This document shows, piece by piece, positions 34,801 through 49,800 of a stretch of 64,000 nt of DNA. The notes below the pieces were generated by a model. That model saw nothing but the letters and a program-made list of their open reading frames with translations, had not been told where the DNA came from and searched no databases. The position numbers and the translations under genes were made by a program. The DNA is from Euprymna scolopes (taxonomy: Eukaryota), in the NCBI GenBank assembly GCA_053919585.1, contig CM132827.1. One strand, given 5' to 3'. The number at the start of each line of letters is the position of its first letter. Position 1 is the first letter of the stretch.

Positions 34801-37800
34801 GGAACCAAACACTCTGTTCATATCCATCAAAGGATCACCTTCAGTGAAGAAAATGAGAAAGGCACCATTTTCTTGGGAACCAAACACTCTGTTCATATCC
34901 ATCAAAGGATCACCTTCAGTGAAGAAAATGAGAAAGGCACCATTTTCTTGGGAGCTAAACACTCTGTTCATATCCATCAAAGGATCACCTTCAGTGGAGA
35001 AAATTAGAAAGGCATCATTTTCTTGGGAGCCAAACACTGTGTTCATATCCATCAAAGGATCACCTTCAGTGGAGAAAATGAGAAAGGCACCATTTTCTTG
35101 GGAGCTAAACACTGTGTTCATATCCATCAAAGGATCACCTTCAGTGGAGAAAATTAGAGAGGCATCATTTTCTTGGGAACCAAACACTGTGTTCATATCC
35201 ATCAAAGGATCACCTTCAGTGGAGAAAATGAGAAAGGCACCATTTTCTTGGGAACCAAACACTGTGTTCATATCCATCAAAGGATCACCTTCAGTGGAGA
35301 AAATTAGAAAGGCACCATTTTCTTGGGAACCAAACACTGTGTTCATATCCATCAAAGGATCACCTTCAGTGGAGAAAATGAGAAAGGCACCATTTTCTTG
35401 GGAGCTAAACACTGTGTTCATATCCATCAAAGGATCACCTTCAGTGGAGAAAATTAGAAAGGCACCATTTACTTGGGAACCAAACACTGTGTTCATATCC
35501 ATCAAAGGATCACCTTCAGTGGAGAAAATTAGAAAGGCATCATTTTCTTGGGAGCCAAACACTGTGTTCATATCCATCAAAGGATCACCTTCAGTGGAGA
35601 AAATGAGAAAGGCACCATTTTCTTGGGAGCTAAACACTGTGTTCATATCCATCAAAGGATCACCTTCAGTGGAGAAAATTAGAGAGGCATCATTTTCTTG
35701 GGAGCTAAACACTGTGTTCATATCCATCAAAGGATCACCTTCAGTGGAGAAAATTAGAGAGGCATCATTTTCTTGGGAGCCAAACACTGTGTTCATATCC
35801 ATCAAAGGATCACCTTCAGTGGAGAAAATGAGAAAGGCACCATTTTCTTGGGAGCTAAACACTGTGTTCATATCCATCAAAGGATCACCTTCAGTGGAGA
35901 AAATGAGAAAGGCACCATTTTCTTGGGAACCAAACACTGTGTTCATATCCATCAAAGGATCACCTTCAGTGAAGAAAATGAGAAAGGCACCATTTTCTTG
36001 GGAGCCAAACACTCTGTTCATATCCATCAAAGGATCACCTTCAGTGGAGAAAATGAGAAAGGCACCATTTTCTTGGGAGCCAAACACTCTGTTCATATCC
36101 ATCAAAGGATAACCTTCAGTGAAGAAAATTAGAGAGGAATAATTTTCTTGGGAGCCAAACACTCTGTTCATATCCATCAAAGGATCACCTTCAGTGGAGA
36201 AAATTAGAGAGGCATCATTTTCTTGGGAACCAAACACTCTGTTCATATCCATCAAAGGATCACCTTCAGTGGAGAAAATGAGAAAGGCACCATTTTCTTG
36301 GGAGCCAAACACTCTGTTCATATCCATCAAAGGATAACCTTCAGTGAAGAAAATTAGAGAGGCATCATTTTCTTGGGAGCCAAACACTCTGTTCATATCC
36401 ATCAAAGGATAACCTTCAGTGAAGAAAATTAGAGAGGCATCATTTTCTTGGGAGCCAAACACTCTGTTCATATCCATCAAAGGATAACCTTCAGTGAAGA
36501 AAATGAGAAAGGCACCATTTTCTTGGGAGCCAAACACTCTGTTCATATCCATCAAAGGATCACCTTCAGTGGAGAAAATTAGAGAGGCATCATTTTCTTG
36601 GGAACCAAACACTCTGTTCATATCCATCAAAGGATCACCTTCAGTGGAGAAAATGAGAAAGGCACCATTTTCTTGGGAGCCAAACACTCTGTTCATATCC
36701 ATCAAAGGATAACCTTCAGTGAAGAAAATTAGAGAGGCATCATTTTCTTGGGAACCAAACACTCTGTTCATATCCATCAAAGGATCACCTTCAGTGGAGA
36801 AAATTAGAGAGGCATCATTTTCTTGGGAACCAAACACTCTGTTCATATCCATCAAAGGATAACCTTCAGTGGAGAAAATGAGAAAGGCACCATTTTCTTG
36901 GGAGCCAAACACTCTGTTCATATCCATCAAAGGATAACCTTCAGTGAAGAAAATTAGAGAGGCATCATTTTCTTGGGAACCAAACACTCTGTTCATATCC
37001 ATCAAAGGATCACCTTCAGTGGAGAAAATTAGAGAGGCATCATTTTCTTGGGAACCAAACACTCTGTTCATATCCATCAAAGGATAACCTTCAGTGAAGA
37101 AAATGAGAAAGGCACCATTTTCTTGGGAACCAAACACTGTGTTCATATCCATCAAAGGATCACCTTCACTGGAGAAAATGAGAAAGGCACCATTTTCTTG
37201 GGAACCAAACACTCTGTTCATATCCATCAAAGGATCACCTTCAGTGGAGAAAATTAGAGAGGCATCATTTTCTTGGGAGCTAAACACTGTGTTCATATCC
37301 ATCAAAGGATCACCTTCAGTGGAGAAAATGAGAAAGGCACCATTTTCTTGGGAGCTAAACACTCTGTTCATATCCATCAAAGGATAACCTTCAGTGAAGA
37401 AAATTAGAGAGGCATCATTTTCTTGGGAACCAAACACTCTGTTCATATCCATCAAAGGATCACCTTCAGTGGAGAAAATGAGAAAGGCACCATTTTCTTG
37501 GGAACCAAACACTGTGTTCATATCCATCAAAGGATAACCTTCAGTGAAGAAAATGAGAAAGGCACCATTTTCTTGGGAACCAAACACTCTGATCATATCC
37601 ATCAAAGGATCACCTTCAGTGGAGAAAATTAGAGAGGCATCATTTTCTTGGGAACCAAACACTCTGTTCATATCCATCAAAGGATAACCTTCAGTGGAGA
37701 AAATGAGAAAGGCACCATTTTCTTGGGAGCCAAACACTCTGTTCATATCCATCAAAGGATAACCTTCAGTGAAGAAAATTAGAGAGGCATCATTTTCTTG

Positions 37801-40800
37801 GGAACCAAACACTCTGTTCATATCCATCAAAGGATAACCTTCAGTGGAGAAAATGAGAAAGGCACCATTTTCTTGGGAGCCAAACACTCTGTTCATATCC
37901 ATCAAAGGATCACCTTCAGTGGAGAAAATTAGAGAGGCATCATTTTCTTGGGACCCAAACACTCTGTTCATATCCATCAAAGGATAACCTTCAGTGAAGA
38001 AAATTAGAGAGGCATCATTTTCTTGGGAACCAAACACTCTGTTCATATCCATCAAAGGATAACCTTCAGTGGAGAAAATGAGAAAGGCACCATTTTCTTG
38101 GGAGCCAAACACTCTGTTCATATCCATCAAAGGATAACCTTCAGTGAAGAAAATTAGAGAGGCATCATTTTCTTGGGAACCAAACACTCTGTTCATATCC
38201 ATCAAAGGATCACCTTCAGTGGAGAAAATGAGAAAGGCACCATTTTCTTGGGAACCAAACACTCTGTTCATATCCATCAAAGGATCACCTTCAGTGGAGA
38301 AAATTAGAGAGGCATCATTTTCTTGGGACCCAAACACTCTGTTCATATCCATCAAAGGATAACCTTCAGTGAAGAAAATTAGAGAGGCATCATTTTCTTG
38401 GGAACCAAACACTCTGTTCATATCTATCAAAGGATAACCTTCAGTGAAGAAAATTAGAGAGGCATCATTTTCTTGGGAACCAAACACTCTGTTCATATCC
38501 ATCAAAGGATAACTTCAGTGGAGAAAATGAGACAGGCACCATTTTCTTGGGAGCCAAACACTCTGTTCATATCCATCAAAGGATCACCTTCAGTGGAGAA
38601 AATTAGAGAGGCATCATTTTCTTGGGACCCAAACACTCTGTTCATATCCATCAAAGGATAACCTTCAGTGAAGAAAATTAGAGAGGCATCATTTTCTTGG
38701 GAACCAAACACTCTGTTCATATCCATCAAAGGATAACCTTCAGTGGAGAAAATGAGAAAGGCACCATTTTCTTGGGAGCCAAACACTCTGTTCATATCCA
38801 TCAAAGGATAACCTTCAGTGAAGAAAATTAGAGAGGCATCATTTTCTTGGGAACCAAACACTCTGTTCATATCCATCAAAGGATCACCTTCAGTGGAGAA
38901 AATGAGAAAGGCACCATTTTCTTGGGAACCAAACACTCTGTTCATATCCATCAAAGGATCACCTTCAGTGGAGAAAATTAGAGAGGCATCATTTTCTTGG
39001 GACCCAAACACTCTGTTCATATCCATCAAAGGATAACCTTCAGTGAAGAAAATTAGAGAGGCATCATTTTCTTGGGAACCAAACACTCTGTTCATATCCA
39101 TCAAAGGATAACCTTCAGTGAAGAAAATTAGAGAGGCATCATTTTCTTGGGAACCAAACACTCTGTTCATATCCATCAAAGGATAACTTCAGTGGAGAAA
39201 ATGAGAAAGGCACCATTTTCTTGGGAGCCAAACACTCTGTTCATATCCATCAAAGGATCACCTTCAGTGGAGAAAATTAGAGAGGCATCATTTTCTTGGG
39301 ACCCAAACACTCTGTTCATATCCATCAAAGGATAACCTTCAGTGAAGAAAATTAGAGAGGCATCATTTTCTTGGGAACCAAACACTCTGTTCATATCCAT
39401 CAAAGGATAACCTTCAGTGGAGAAAATGAGAAAGGCACCATTTTCTTGGGAGCCAAACACTCTGTTCATATCCATCAAAGGATAACCTTCAGTGAAGAAA
39501 ATTAGAGAGGCATCATTTTCTTGGGAACCAAACACTCTGTTCATATCCATCAAAGGATAACCTTCAGTGGAGAAAATGAGAAAGGCACCATTTTCTTGGG
39601 AGCCAAACACTCTGTTCATATCCATCAAAGGATAACCTTCAGTGAAGAAAATTAGAGAGGCATCATTTTCTTGGGAACCAAACACTCTGTTCATATCCAT
39701 CAAAGGATAACCTTCAGTGGAGAAAATGAGAAAGGCACCATTTTCTTGGGAGCCAAACACTCTGTTCATATCCATCAAAGGATAACCTTCAGTGAAGAAA
39801 ATTAGAGAGGCATCATTTTCTTGGGAACCAAACACTCTGTTCATATCCATCAAAGGATAACCTTCAGTGGAGAAAATTAGAGAGGCATCATTTTCTTGGG
39901 AACCAAACACTGTGTTCATATCCATCAAAGGATAACCTTCAGTGAAGAAAATGAGAAAGGCACCATTTTCTTGGGAACCAAACACTCTGTTCATATCCAT
40001 CAAAGGATCACCTTCAGTGGAGAAAATTAGAGAGGCATCATTTTCTTGGGACCCAAACACTCTGTTCATATCCATCAAAGGATAACCTTCAGTGGAGAAA
40101 ATGAGAAAGGCACCATTTTCTTGGGAGCTAAACACTGTGTTCATATCCATCAAAGGATCACCTTCAGTGGAGAAAATGAGAAAGGCACCATTTTCTTGGG
40201 AGCCAAACACTCTGTTCATATCCATCAAAGGATAACCTTCAGTGAAGAAAATTAGAGAGGCATCATTTTCTTGGGAACCAAACACTCTGTTCATATCCAT
40301 CAAAGGATAACCTTCAGTGAAGAAAATGAGAAAGGCACCATTTTCTTGGGACCCAAACACTCTGTTCATATCCATCAAAGGATCACCTTCAGTGGAGAAA
40401 ATGAGAAAGGCACCATTTTCTTGGGAACCAAACACTCTGTTCATATCCATCAAAGGATCACCTTCAGTGAAGAAAATGAGAAAGGCACCATTTTCTTGGG
40501 AGCCAAACACTGTGTTCATATCCATCAAAGGATCACCTTCAGTGGAGAAAATTAGAGAGGCATCATTTTCTTGGGAGCTAAACACTGTGTTCATATCCAT
40601 CAAAGGATCACCTTCAGTGGAGAAAATGAGAAAGGCACCATTTTCTTGGGAACCAAACACTGTGTTCATATCCATCAAAGGATCACCTTCAGTGAAGAAA
40701 ATGAGAAAGGCACCATTTTCTTGGGAGCCAAACACTCTGTTCATATCCATCAAAGGATAACCTTCAGTGGAGAAAATGAGAGAGGCATCATTTTCTTGGG

Positions 40801-43800
40801 AGCCAAACACTCTGTTCATATCCATCAAAGGATCACCTTCAGTGGAGAAAATGAGAAAGGCACCATTTTCTTGGGAGCCAAACACTCTGTTCATATCCAT
40901 CAAAGGATAACCTTCAGTGAAGAAAATTAGAGAGGCATCATTTTCTTGGGAACCAAACACTCTGTTCATATCCATCAAAGGATCACCTTCAGTGGAGAAA
41001 ATTAGAGAGGCATCATTTTCTTGGGAACCAAACACTGTGTTCATATCCATCAAAGGATAACCTTCAGTGAAGAAAATGAGAAAGGCACCATTTTCTTGGG
41101 AACCAAACACTCTGTTCATATCCATCAAAGGATCACCTTCAGTGGAGAAAATTAGAGAGGCATCATTTTCTTGGGAGCTAAACACTGTGTTCATATCCAT
41201 CAAAGGATCACCTTTAGTGGAGAAAATGAGAAAGGCACCATTTTCTTGGGAACCAAACACTGTGTTCATATCCATCAAAGGATCACCTTCAGTGGAGAAA
41301 ATTAGAGAGGCATCATTTTCTTGGGAACCAAACACTCTGTTCATATCCATCAAAGGATCACCTTCAGTGGAGAAAATTAGAGAGGCATCATTTTCTTGGG
41401 AACCAAACACTCTGTTCATATCCATCAAAGGATAACCTTCAGTGGAGAAAATGAGAAAGGCACCATTTTCTTGGGAACCCAACACTCTGTTCATATCCAT
41501 CAAAGGATCACCTTCAGTGGAGAAAATTAGAGAGGCATCATTTTCTTGGGAACCAAACACTCTGTTCATATCCATCAAAGGATAACCTTCAGTGAAGAAA
41601 ATGAGAAAGGCACCATTTTCTTGGGAACCAAACACTCTGTTCATATCCATCAAAGGATCACCTTCAGTGGAGAAAATTAGAGAGGCATCATTTTCTTGGG
41701 AGCTAAACACTGTGTTCATATCCATCAAAGGATCACCTTCAGTGGAGAAAATGAGAAAGGCACCATTTTCTTGGGAACCAAACACTGTGTTCATATCCAT
41801 CAAAGGATCACCTTCAGTGGAGAAAATTAGAGAGGCATCATTTTCTTGGGAACCAAACACTCTGTTCATATCCATCAAAGGATCACCTTCAGTGGAGAAA
41901 ATTAGAGAGGCATCATTTTCTTGGGAACCAAACACTGTGTTCATATCCATCAAAGGATAACCTTCAGTGGAGAAAATGAGAAAGGCACCATTTTCTTGGG
42001 AACCAAACACTCTGTTCATATCCATCAAAGGATCACCTTCAGTGGAGAAAATTAGAGAGGCATCATTTTCTTGGGAACCAAACACTGTGTTCATATCCAT
42101 CAAAGGATAACCTTCAGTGAAGAAAATGAGAAAGGCACCATTTTCTTGGGAACCAAACACTCTGTTCATATCCATCAAAGGATCACCTTCAGTGGAGAAA
42201 ATTAGAGAGGCATCATTTTCTTGGGAGCTAAACACTGTGTTCATATCCATCAAAGGATCACCTTCAGTGGAGAAAATGAGAAAGGCACCATTTTCTTGGG
42301 AACCAAACACTGTGTTCATATCCATCAAAGGATCACCTTCAGTGGAGAAAATTAGAGAGGCATCATTTTCTTGGGAACCAAACACTCTGTTCATATCCAT
42401 CAAAGGATCACCTTCAGTGGAGAAAATTAGAGAGGCATCATTTTCTTGGGAACCAAACACTCTGTTCATATCCATCAAAGGATCACCTTCAGTGGAGAAA
42501 ATTAGAGAGGCATCATTTTCTTGGGAACCAAACACTCTGTTCATATCCATCAAAGGATAACCTTCAGTGGAGAAAATGAGAAAGGCACCATTTTCTTGGG
42601 AACCAAACACTCTGTTCATATCCATCAAAGGATCACCTTCAGTGGAGAAAATTAGAGAGGCATCATTTTCTTGGGAACCAAACACTGTGTTCATATCCAT
42701 CAAAGGATAACCTTCAGTGAAGAAAATGAGAAAGGCACCATTTTCTTGGGAACCAAACACTCTGTTCATATCCATCAAAGGATCACCTTCAGTGGAGAAA
42801 ATTAGAGAGGCATCATTTTCTTGGGAACCAAACACTGTGTTCATATCCATCAAAGGATCACCTTCAGTGGAGAAAATTAGAGAGGCACCATTTTCTTGGG
42901 AACCAAACACTCTGTTCATATCCATCAAAGGATCACCTTCAGTGGAGAAAATTAGAGAGGCATCATTTTCTTGGGAACCAAACACTCTGTTCATATCCAT
43001 CAAAGGATAACCTTCAGTGGAGAAAATGAGAAAGGCACCATTTTCTTGGGAACCAAACACTCTGTTCATATCCATCAAAGGATCACCTTCAGTGGAGAAA
43101 ATTAGAGAGGCATCATTTTCTTGGGAACCAAACACTGTGTTCATATCCATCAAAGGATAACCTTCAGTGAAGAAAATGAGAAAGGCACCATTTTCTTGGG
43201 AACCAAACACTCTGTTCATATCCATCAAAGGATCACCTTCAGTGGAGAAAATTAGAGAGGCATCATTTTCTTGGGAGCTAAACACTGTGTTCATATCCAT
43301 CAAAGGATCACCTTCAGTGGAGAAAATGAGAAAGGCACCATTTTCTTGGGAACCAAACACTGTGTTCATATCCATCAAAGGATCACCTTCAGTGGAGAAA
43401 ATTAGAGAGGCATCATTTTCTTGGGAACCAAACACTCTGTTCATATCCATCAAAGGATCACCTTCAGTGGAGAAAATTAGAGAGGCATCATTTTCTTGGG
43501 AACCAAACACTGTGTTCATATCCATCAAAGGATAACCTTCAGTGGAGAAAATGAGAAAGGCACCATTTTCTTGGGAACCAAACACTCTGTTCATATCCAT
43601 CAAAGGATCACCTTCAGTGGAGAAAATTAGAGAGGCATAATTTTCTTGGGAACCAAACACTGTGTTCATATCCATCAAAGGATAACCTTCAGTGAAGAAA
43701 ATGAGAAAGGCACCATTTTCTTGGGAACCAAACACTCTGTTCATATCCATCAAAGGATCACCTTCAGTGGAGAAAATTAGAGAGGCATCATTTTCTTGGG

Positions 43801-46800
43801 AGCTAAACACTGTGTTCATATCCATCAAAGGATCACCTTCAGTGGAGAAAATGAGAAAGGCACCATTTTCTTGGGAACCAAACACTGTGTTCATATCCAT
43901 CAAAGGATCACCTTCAGTGGAGAAAATGAGAAAGGCACCATTTTCTTGGGAACCAAACACTCTGTTCATATCCATCAAAGGATCACCTTCAGTGGAGAAA
44001 ATTAGAGAGGCATCATTTTCTTGGGAGCCAAACACTGTGTTCATATCCATCAAAGGATAACCTTCAGTGGAGAAAATGAGAAAGGCACCATTTTCTTGGG
44101 ACCCAAACACTGTGTTCATATCCATCAAAGGATCACCTTCAGTGGAGAAAATGAGAAAGGCACCATTTTCTTGGGAACCAAACACTCTGTTCATATCCAT
44201 CAAAGGATCACCTTCAGTGAAGAAAATTAGAGAGGCATCAATTTCTTGGGAGCCAAACACTGTGTTCATATCCATCAAAGGATCACCTTCAGTGGAGAAA
44301 AAGAGAAAGGCACCATTTTCTTGGGAACCAAACACTCTGTTCATATCCATCAAAGGATCACCTTCAGTGAAGAAAATGAGAAAGGAACCATTTTCTTGGG
44401 AGCTAAACACTGTGTTCATATCCATCAAAGGATCACCTTCAGTGGAGAAAATGAGAAAGGCACCATTTTCTAGGGAACCAAACACTCTGTTCATATCCAT
44501 CAAAGGATCACCTTCAGTGGAGAAAATTAGAGAGGCATCATTTTCTTGGGAGCTAAACACTGTGTTCATATCCATCAAAGGATCACCTTCAGTGGAGAAA
44601 ATGAGAAAGGCACCATTTTCTTGGGAGCTAAACACTGTGTTCATATCCATCAAAGGATCACCTTCAGTGGAGAAAAAGAGAAAGGCACCATTTTCTTGGG
44701 AACCAAACACTCTGTTCATATCCATCAAAGGATCACCTTCAGTGGAGAAAATGAGAAAGGCACCATTTTCTTGGGAACCAAACACTCTGTTCATATCCAT
44801 CAAAGGATCACCTTCAGTGGAGAAAATGAGAAAGGCACCATTTTCTTGGGAGCTAAACACTGTGTTCATATTCATCAAAGGATCACTTTCAGTGGAGAAA
44901 AAGAGAAAGGCACCATTTTCTTGGGAACCAAACACTGTGTTCATATCCATCAAAGGATCACCTTCAGTGGAGAAAAAGAGAAAGGCACCATTTTCTTGGG
45001 AACCAAACACTCTGTTCATATCCATCAAAGGATCACCTTCAGTGGAGAAAATGAGAAAGGCACCATTTTCTTGGGAACCAAACACTCTGTTCATATCCAT
45101 CAAAGGATCACCTTCAGTGGAGAAAATGAGAAAGGCACCATTTTCTTGGGAGCTAAACACTGTGTTCATATCCATCAAAGGATAACCTTCAGTGGAGAAA
45201 ATTAGAGAGGCATCATTTTCTTGGGAACCAAACACTCTGTTCATATCCATCAAAGGATCACCTTCAGTGAAGAAAATGAGAAAGGCACCATTTTCTTGGG
45301 AACCAAACACTCTGTTCATATCCATCAAAGGATCACCTTCAGTGAAGAAAATGAGAAAGGCACCATTTTCTTGGGAGCTAAACACTGTGTTCATATCCAT
45401 CAAAGGATCACCTTCAGTGGAGAAAATTAGAGAGGCATCATTTTCTTGGGAGCTAAACACTGTGTTCATATCCATCAAAGGATCACCTTCAGTGGAGAAA
45501 ATGAGAAAGGCACCATTTTCTTGGGAACCAAACACTCTGTTCATATCCATCAAAGGATCACCTTCAGTGAAGAAAATGAGAAAGGCACCATTTTCTTGGG
45601 AGCTAAACACTGTGTTCATATCCATCAAAGGATCACCTTCAGTGGAGAAAATTAGAGAGGCATCATTTTCTTGGGAGCTAAACACTGTGTTCATATCCAT
45701 CAAAGGATCACCTTCAGTGGAGAAAATGAGAAAGGCACCATTTTCTTGGGAACCAAACACTGTGTTCATATCCATCAAAGGATCACCTTCAGTGAAGAAA
45801 ATGAGAAAGGCACCATTTTCTTGGGAGCCAAACACTCTGTTCATATCCATCAAAGGATCACCTTCAGTGGAGAAAATGAGAAAGGCACCATTTTCTTGGG
45901 AGCCAAACACTCTGTTCATATCCATCAAAGGATAACCTTCAGTGAAGAAAATTAGAGAGGCATCATTTTCTTGGAAACTAAACACTCTGTTCATATCCAT
46001 CAAAGGATCACCTTCAGTGGAGAAAATGAGAAAGGCACCATTTTCTTGGGAGCCAAACACTCTGTTCATATCCATCAAAGGATAACCTTCAGTGAAGAAA
46101 ATTAGAGAGGCATCATTTTCTTGGGAGCCAAACACTCTGTTCATATCCATCAAAGGATCACCTTCAGTGGAGAAAATTAGAGAGGCATCATTTTCTTGGG
46201 AACCAAACACTCTGTTCATATCCATCAAAGGATCACCTTCAGTGGAGAAAATGAGAAAGGCACCATTTTCTTGGGAGCCAAACACTCTGTTCATATCCAT
46301 CAAAGGATAACCTTCAGTGAAGAAAATTAGAGAGGCATCATTTTCTTGGGAGCCAAACACTCTGTTCATATCCATCAAAGGATCACCTTCAGTGGAGAAA
46401 ATGAGAAAGGCACCATTTTCTTGGGAACCAAACACTCTGTTCATATCCATCAAAGGATAACCTTCAGTGAAGAAAATTAGAGAGGCATCATTTTCTTGGG
46501 AACCAAACACTCTGTTCATATCCATCAAAGGATCACCTTCAGTGGAGAAAATTAGAGAGGCATCATTTTCTTGGGAACCAAACACTCTGTTCATATCCAT
46601 CAAAGGATCACCTTCAGTGGAGAAAATGAGAAAGGCACCATTTTCTTGGGAGCCAAACACTCTGTTCATATCCATCAAAGGATCACCTTCAGTGAAGAAA
46701 ATTAGAGAGGCATCATTTTCTTGGGAACCAAACACTCTGTTCATATCCATCAAAGGATCACCTTCAGTGGAGAAAATGAGAAAGGCACCATTTTCTTGGG

Positions 46801-49800
46801 AGCCAAACACTCTGTTCATATCCATCAAAGGATAACCTTCAGTGAAGAAAATTAGAGAGGCATCATTTTCTTGGGAACCAAACACTCTGTTCATATCCAT
46901 CAAAGGATAACCTTCAGTGGAGAAAATTAGAGAGGCATCATTTTCTTGGGAACCAAACACTCTGTTCATATCCATCAAAGGATCACCTTCAGTGGAGAAA
47001 ATTAGAGAGGCATCATTTTCTTGGGAACCAAACACTGTGTTCATATCCATCAAAGGATAACCTTCAGTGAAGAAAATGAGAAAGGCACCATTTTCTTGGG
47101 AACCAAACACTCTGTTCATATCCATCAAAGGATCACCTTCAGTGGAGAAAATTAGAGAGGCATCATTTTCTTGGGAGCTAAACACTGTGTTCATATCCAT
47201 CAAAGGATCACCTTCAGTGGAGAAAATGAGAAAGGCACCATTTTCTTGGGAGCTAAACACTCTGTTCATATCCATCAAAGGATAACCTTCAGTGAAGAAA
47301 ATTAGAGAGGCATCATTTTCTTGGGAACCAAACACTCTGTTCATATCCATCAAAGGATCACCTTCAGTGAAGAAAATGAGAAAGGCACCATTTTCTTGGG
47401 AACCAAACACTCTGTTCATATCCATCAAAGGATCACCTTCAGTGAAGAAAATGAGAAAGGCACCATTTTCTTGGGAGCTAAACACTGTGTTCATATCCAT
47501 CAAAGGATCACCTTCAGTGGAGAAAATTAGAGAGGCATCATTTTCTTGGGAGCTAAACACTGTGTTCATATCCATCAAAGGATCACCTTCAGTGGAGAAA
47601 ATGAGAAAGGCACCATTTTCTTGGGAACCAAACACTCTGTTCATATCCATCAAAGGATCACCTTCAGTGAAGAAAATGAGAAAGGCACCATTTTCTTGGG
47701 AGCTAAACACTGTGTTCATATCCATCAAAGGATCACCTTCAGTGGAGAAAATTAGAGAGGCATCATTTTCTTGGGAGCTAAACACTGTGTTCATATCCAT
47801 CAAAGGATCACCTTCAGTGGAGAAAATGAGAAAGGCACCATTTTCTTGGGAACCAAACACTGTGTTCATATCCATCAAAGGATCACCTTCAGTGAAGAAA
47901 ATGAGAAAGGCACCATTTTCTTGGGAGCCAAACACTCTGTTCATATCCATCAAAGGATCACCTTCAGTGGAGAAAATGAGAAAGGCACCATTTTCTTGGG
48001 AGCCAAACACTCTGTTCATATCCATCAAAGGATAACCTTCAGTGAAGAAAATTAGAGAGGCATCATTTTCTTGGAAACTAAACACTCTGTTCATATCCAT
48101 CAAAGGATCACCTTCAGTGGAGAAAATGAGAAAGGCACCATTTTCTTGGGAGCCAAACACTCTGTTCATATCCATCAAAGGATAACCTTCAGTGAAGAAA
48201 ATTAGAGAGGCATCATTTTCTTGGGAGCCAAACACTCTGTTCATATCCATCAAAGGATCACCTTCAGTGGAGAAAATTAGAGAGGCATCATTTTCTTGGG
48301 AACCAAACACTCTGTTCATATCCATCAAAGGATCACCTTCAGTGGAGAAAATGAGAAAGGCACCATTTTCTTGGGAGCCAAACACTCTGTTCATATCCAT
48401 CAAAGGATAACCTTCAGTGAAGAAAATTAGAGAGGCATCATTTTCTTGGGAGCCAAACACTCTGTTCATATCCATCAAAGGATCACCTTCAGTGGAGAAA
48501 ATGAGAAAGGCACCATTTTCTTGGGAACCAAACACTCTGTTCATATCCATCAAAGGATAACCTTCAGTGAAGAAAATTAGAGAGGCATCATTTTCTTGGG
48601 AACCAAACACTCTGTTCATATCCATCAAAGGATCACCTTCAGTGGAGAAAATTAGAGAGGCATCATTTTCTTGGGAACCAAACACTCTGTTCATATCCAT
48701 CAAAGGATCACCTTCAGTGGAGAAAATGAGAAAGGCACCATTTTCTTGGGAGCCAAACACTCTGTTCATATCCATCAAAGGATCACCTTCAGTGAAGAAA
48801 ATTAGAGAGGCATCATTTTCTTGGGAACCAAACACTCTGTTCATATCCATCAAAGGATCACCTTCAGTGGAGAAAATGAGAAAGGCACCATTTTCTTGGG
48901 AGCCAAACACTCTGTTCATATCCATCAAAGGATAACCTTCAGTGAAGAAAATTAGAGAGGCATCATTTTCTTGGGAACCAAACACTCTGTTCATATCCAT
49001 CAAAGGATAACCTTCAGTGGAGAAAATTAGAGAGGCATCATTTTCTTGGGAACCAAACACTCTGTTCATATCCATCAAAGGATCACCTTCAGTGGAGAAA
49101 ATTAGAGAGGCATCATTTTCTTGGGAACCAAACACTGTGTTCATATCCATCAAAGGATAACCTTCAGTGAAGAAAATGAGAAAGGCACCATTTTCTTGGG
49201 AACCAAACACTCTGTTCATATCCATCAAAGGATCACCTTCAGTGGAGAAAATTAGAGAGGCATCATTTTCTTGGGAGCTAAACACTGTGTTCATATCCAT
49301 CAAAGGATCACCTTCAGTGGAGAAAATGAGAAAGGCACCATTTTCTTGGGAGCTAAACACTCTGTTCATATCCATCAAAGGATAACCTTCAGTGAAGAAA
49401 ATTAGAGAGGCATCATTTTCTTGGGAACCAAACACTCTGTTCATATCCATCAAAGGATCACCTTCAGTGGAGAAAATGAGAAAGGCACCATTTTCTTGGG
49501 AGCTAAACACTGTGTTCATATCCATCAAAGGATCACCTTCAGTGGAGAACATGAGAAAAGCACCATTTTCTTGGGAACCAAACACTGTGTTCATATCCAT
49601 CAAAGGATAACCTTCAGTGAAGAAAATGAGAAAGGCACCATTTTCTTGGGAACCAAACACTCTGTTCATATCCATCAAAGGATCACCTTCAGTGGAGAAA
49701 ATTAGAGAGGCATCATTTTCTTGGGACCCAAACACTCTGTTCATATCCATCAAAGGATAACCTTCAGTGGAGAAAATGAGAAAGGCACCATTTTCTTGGG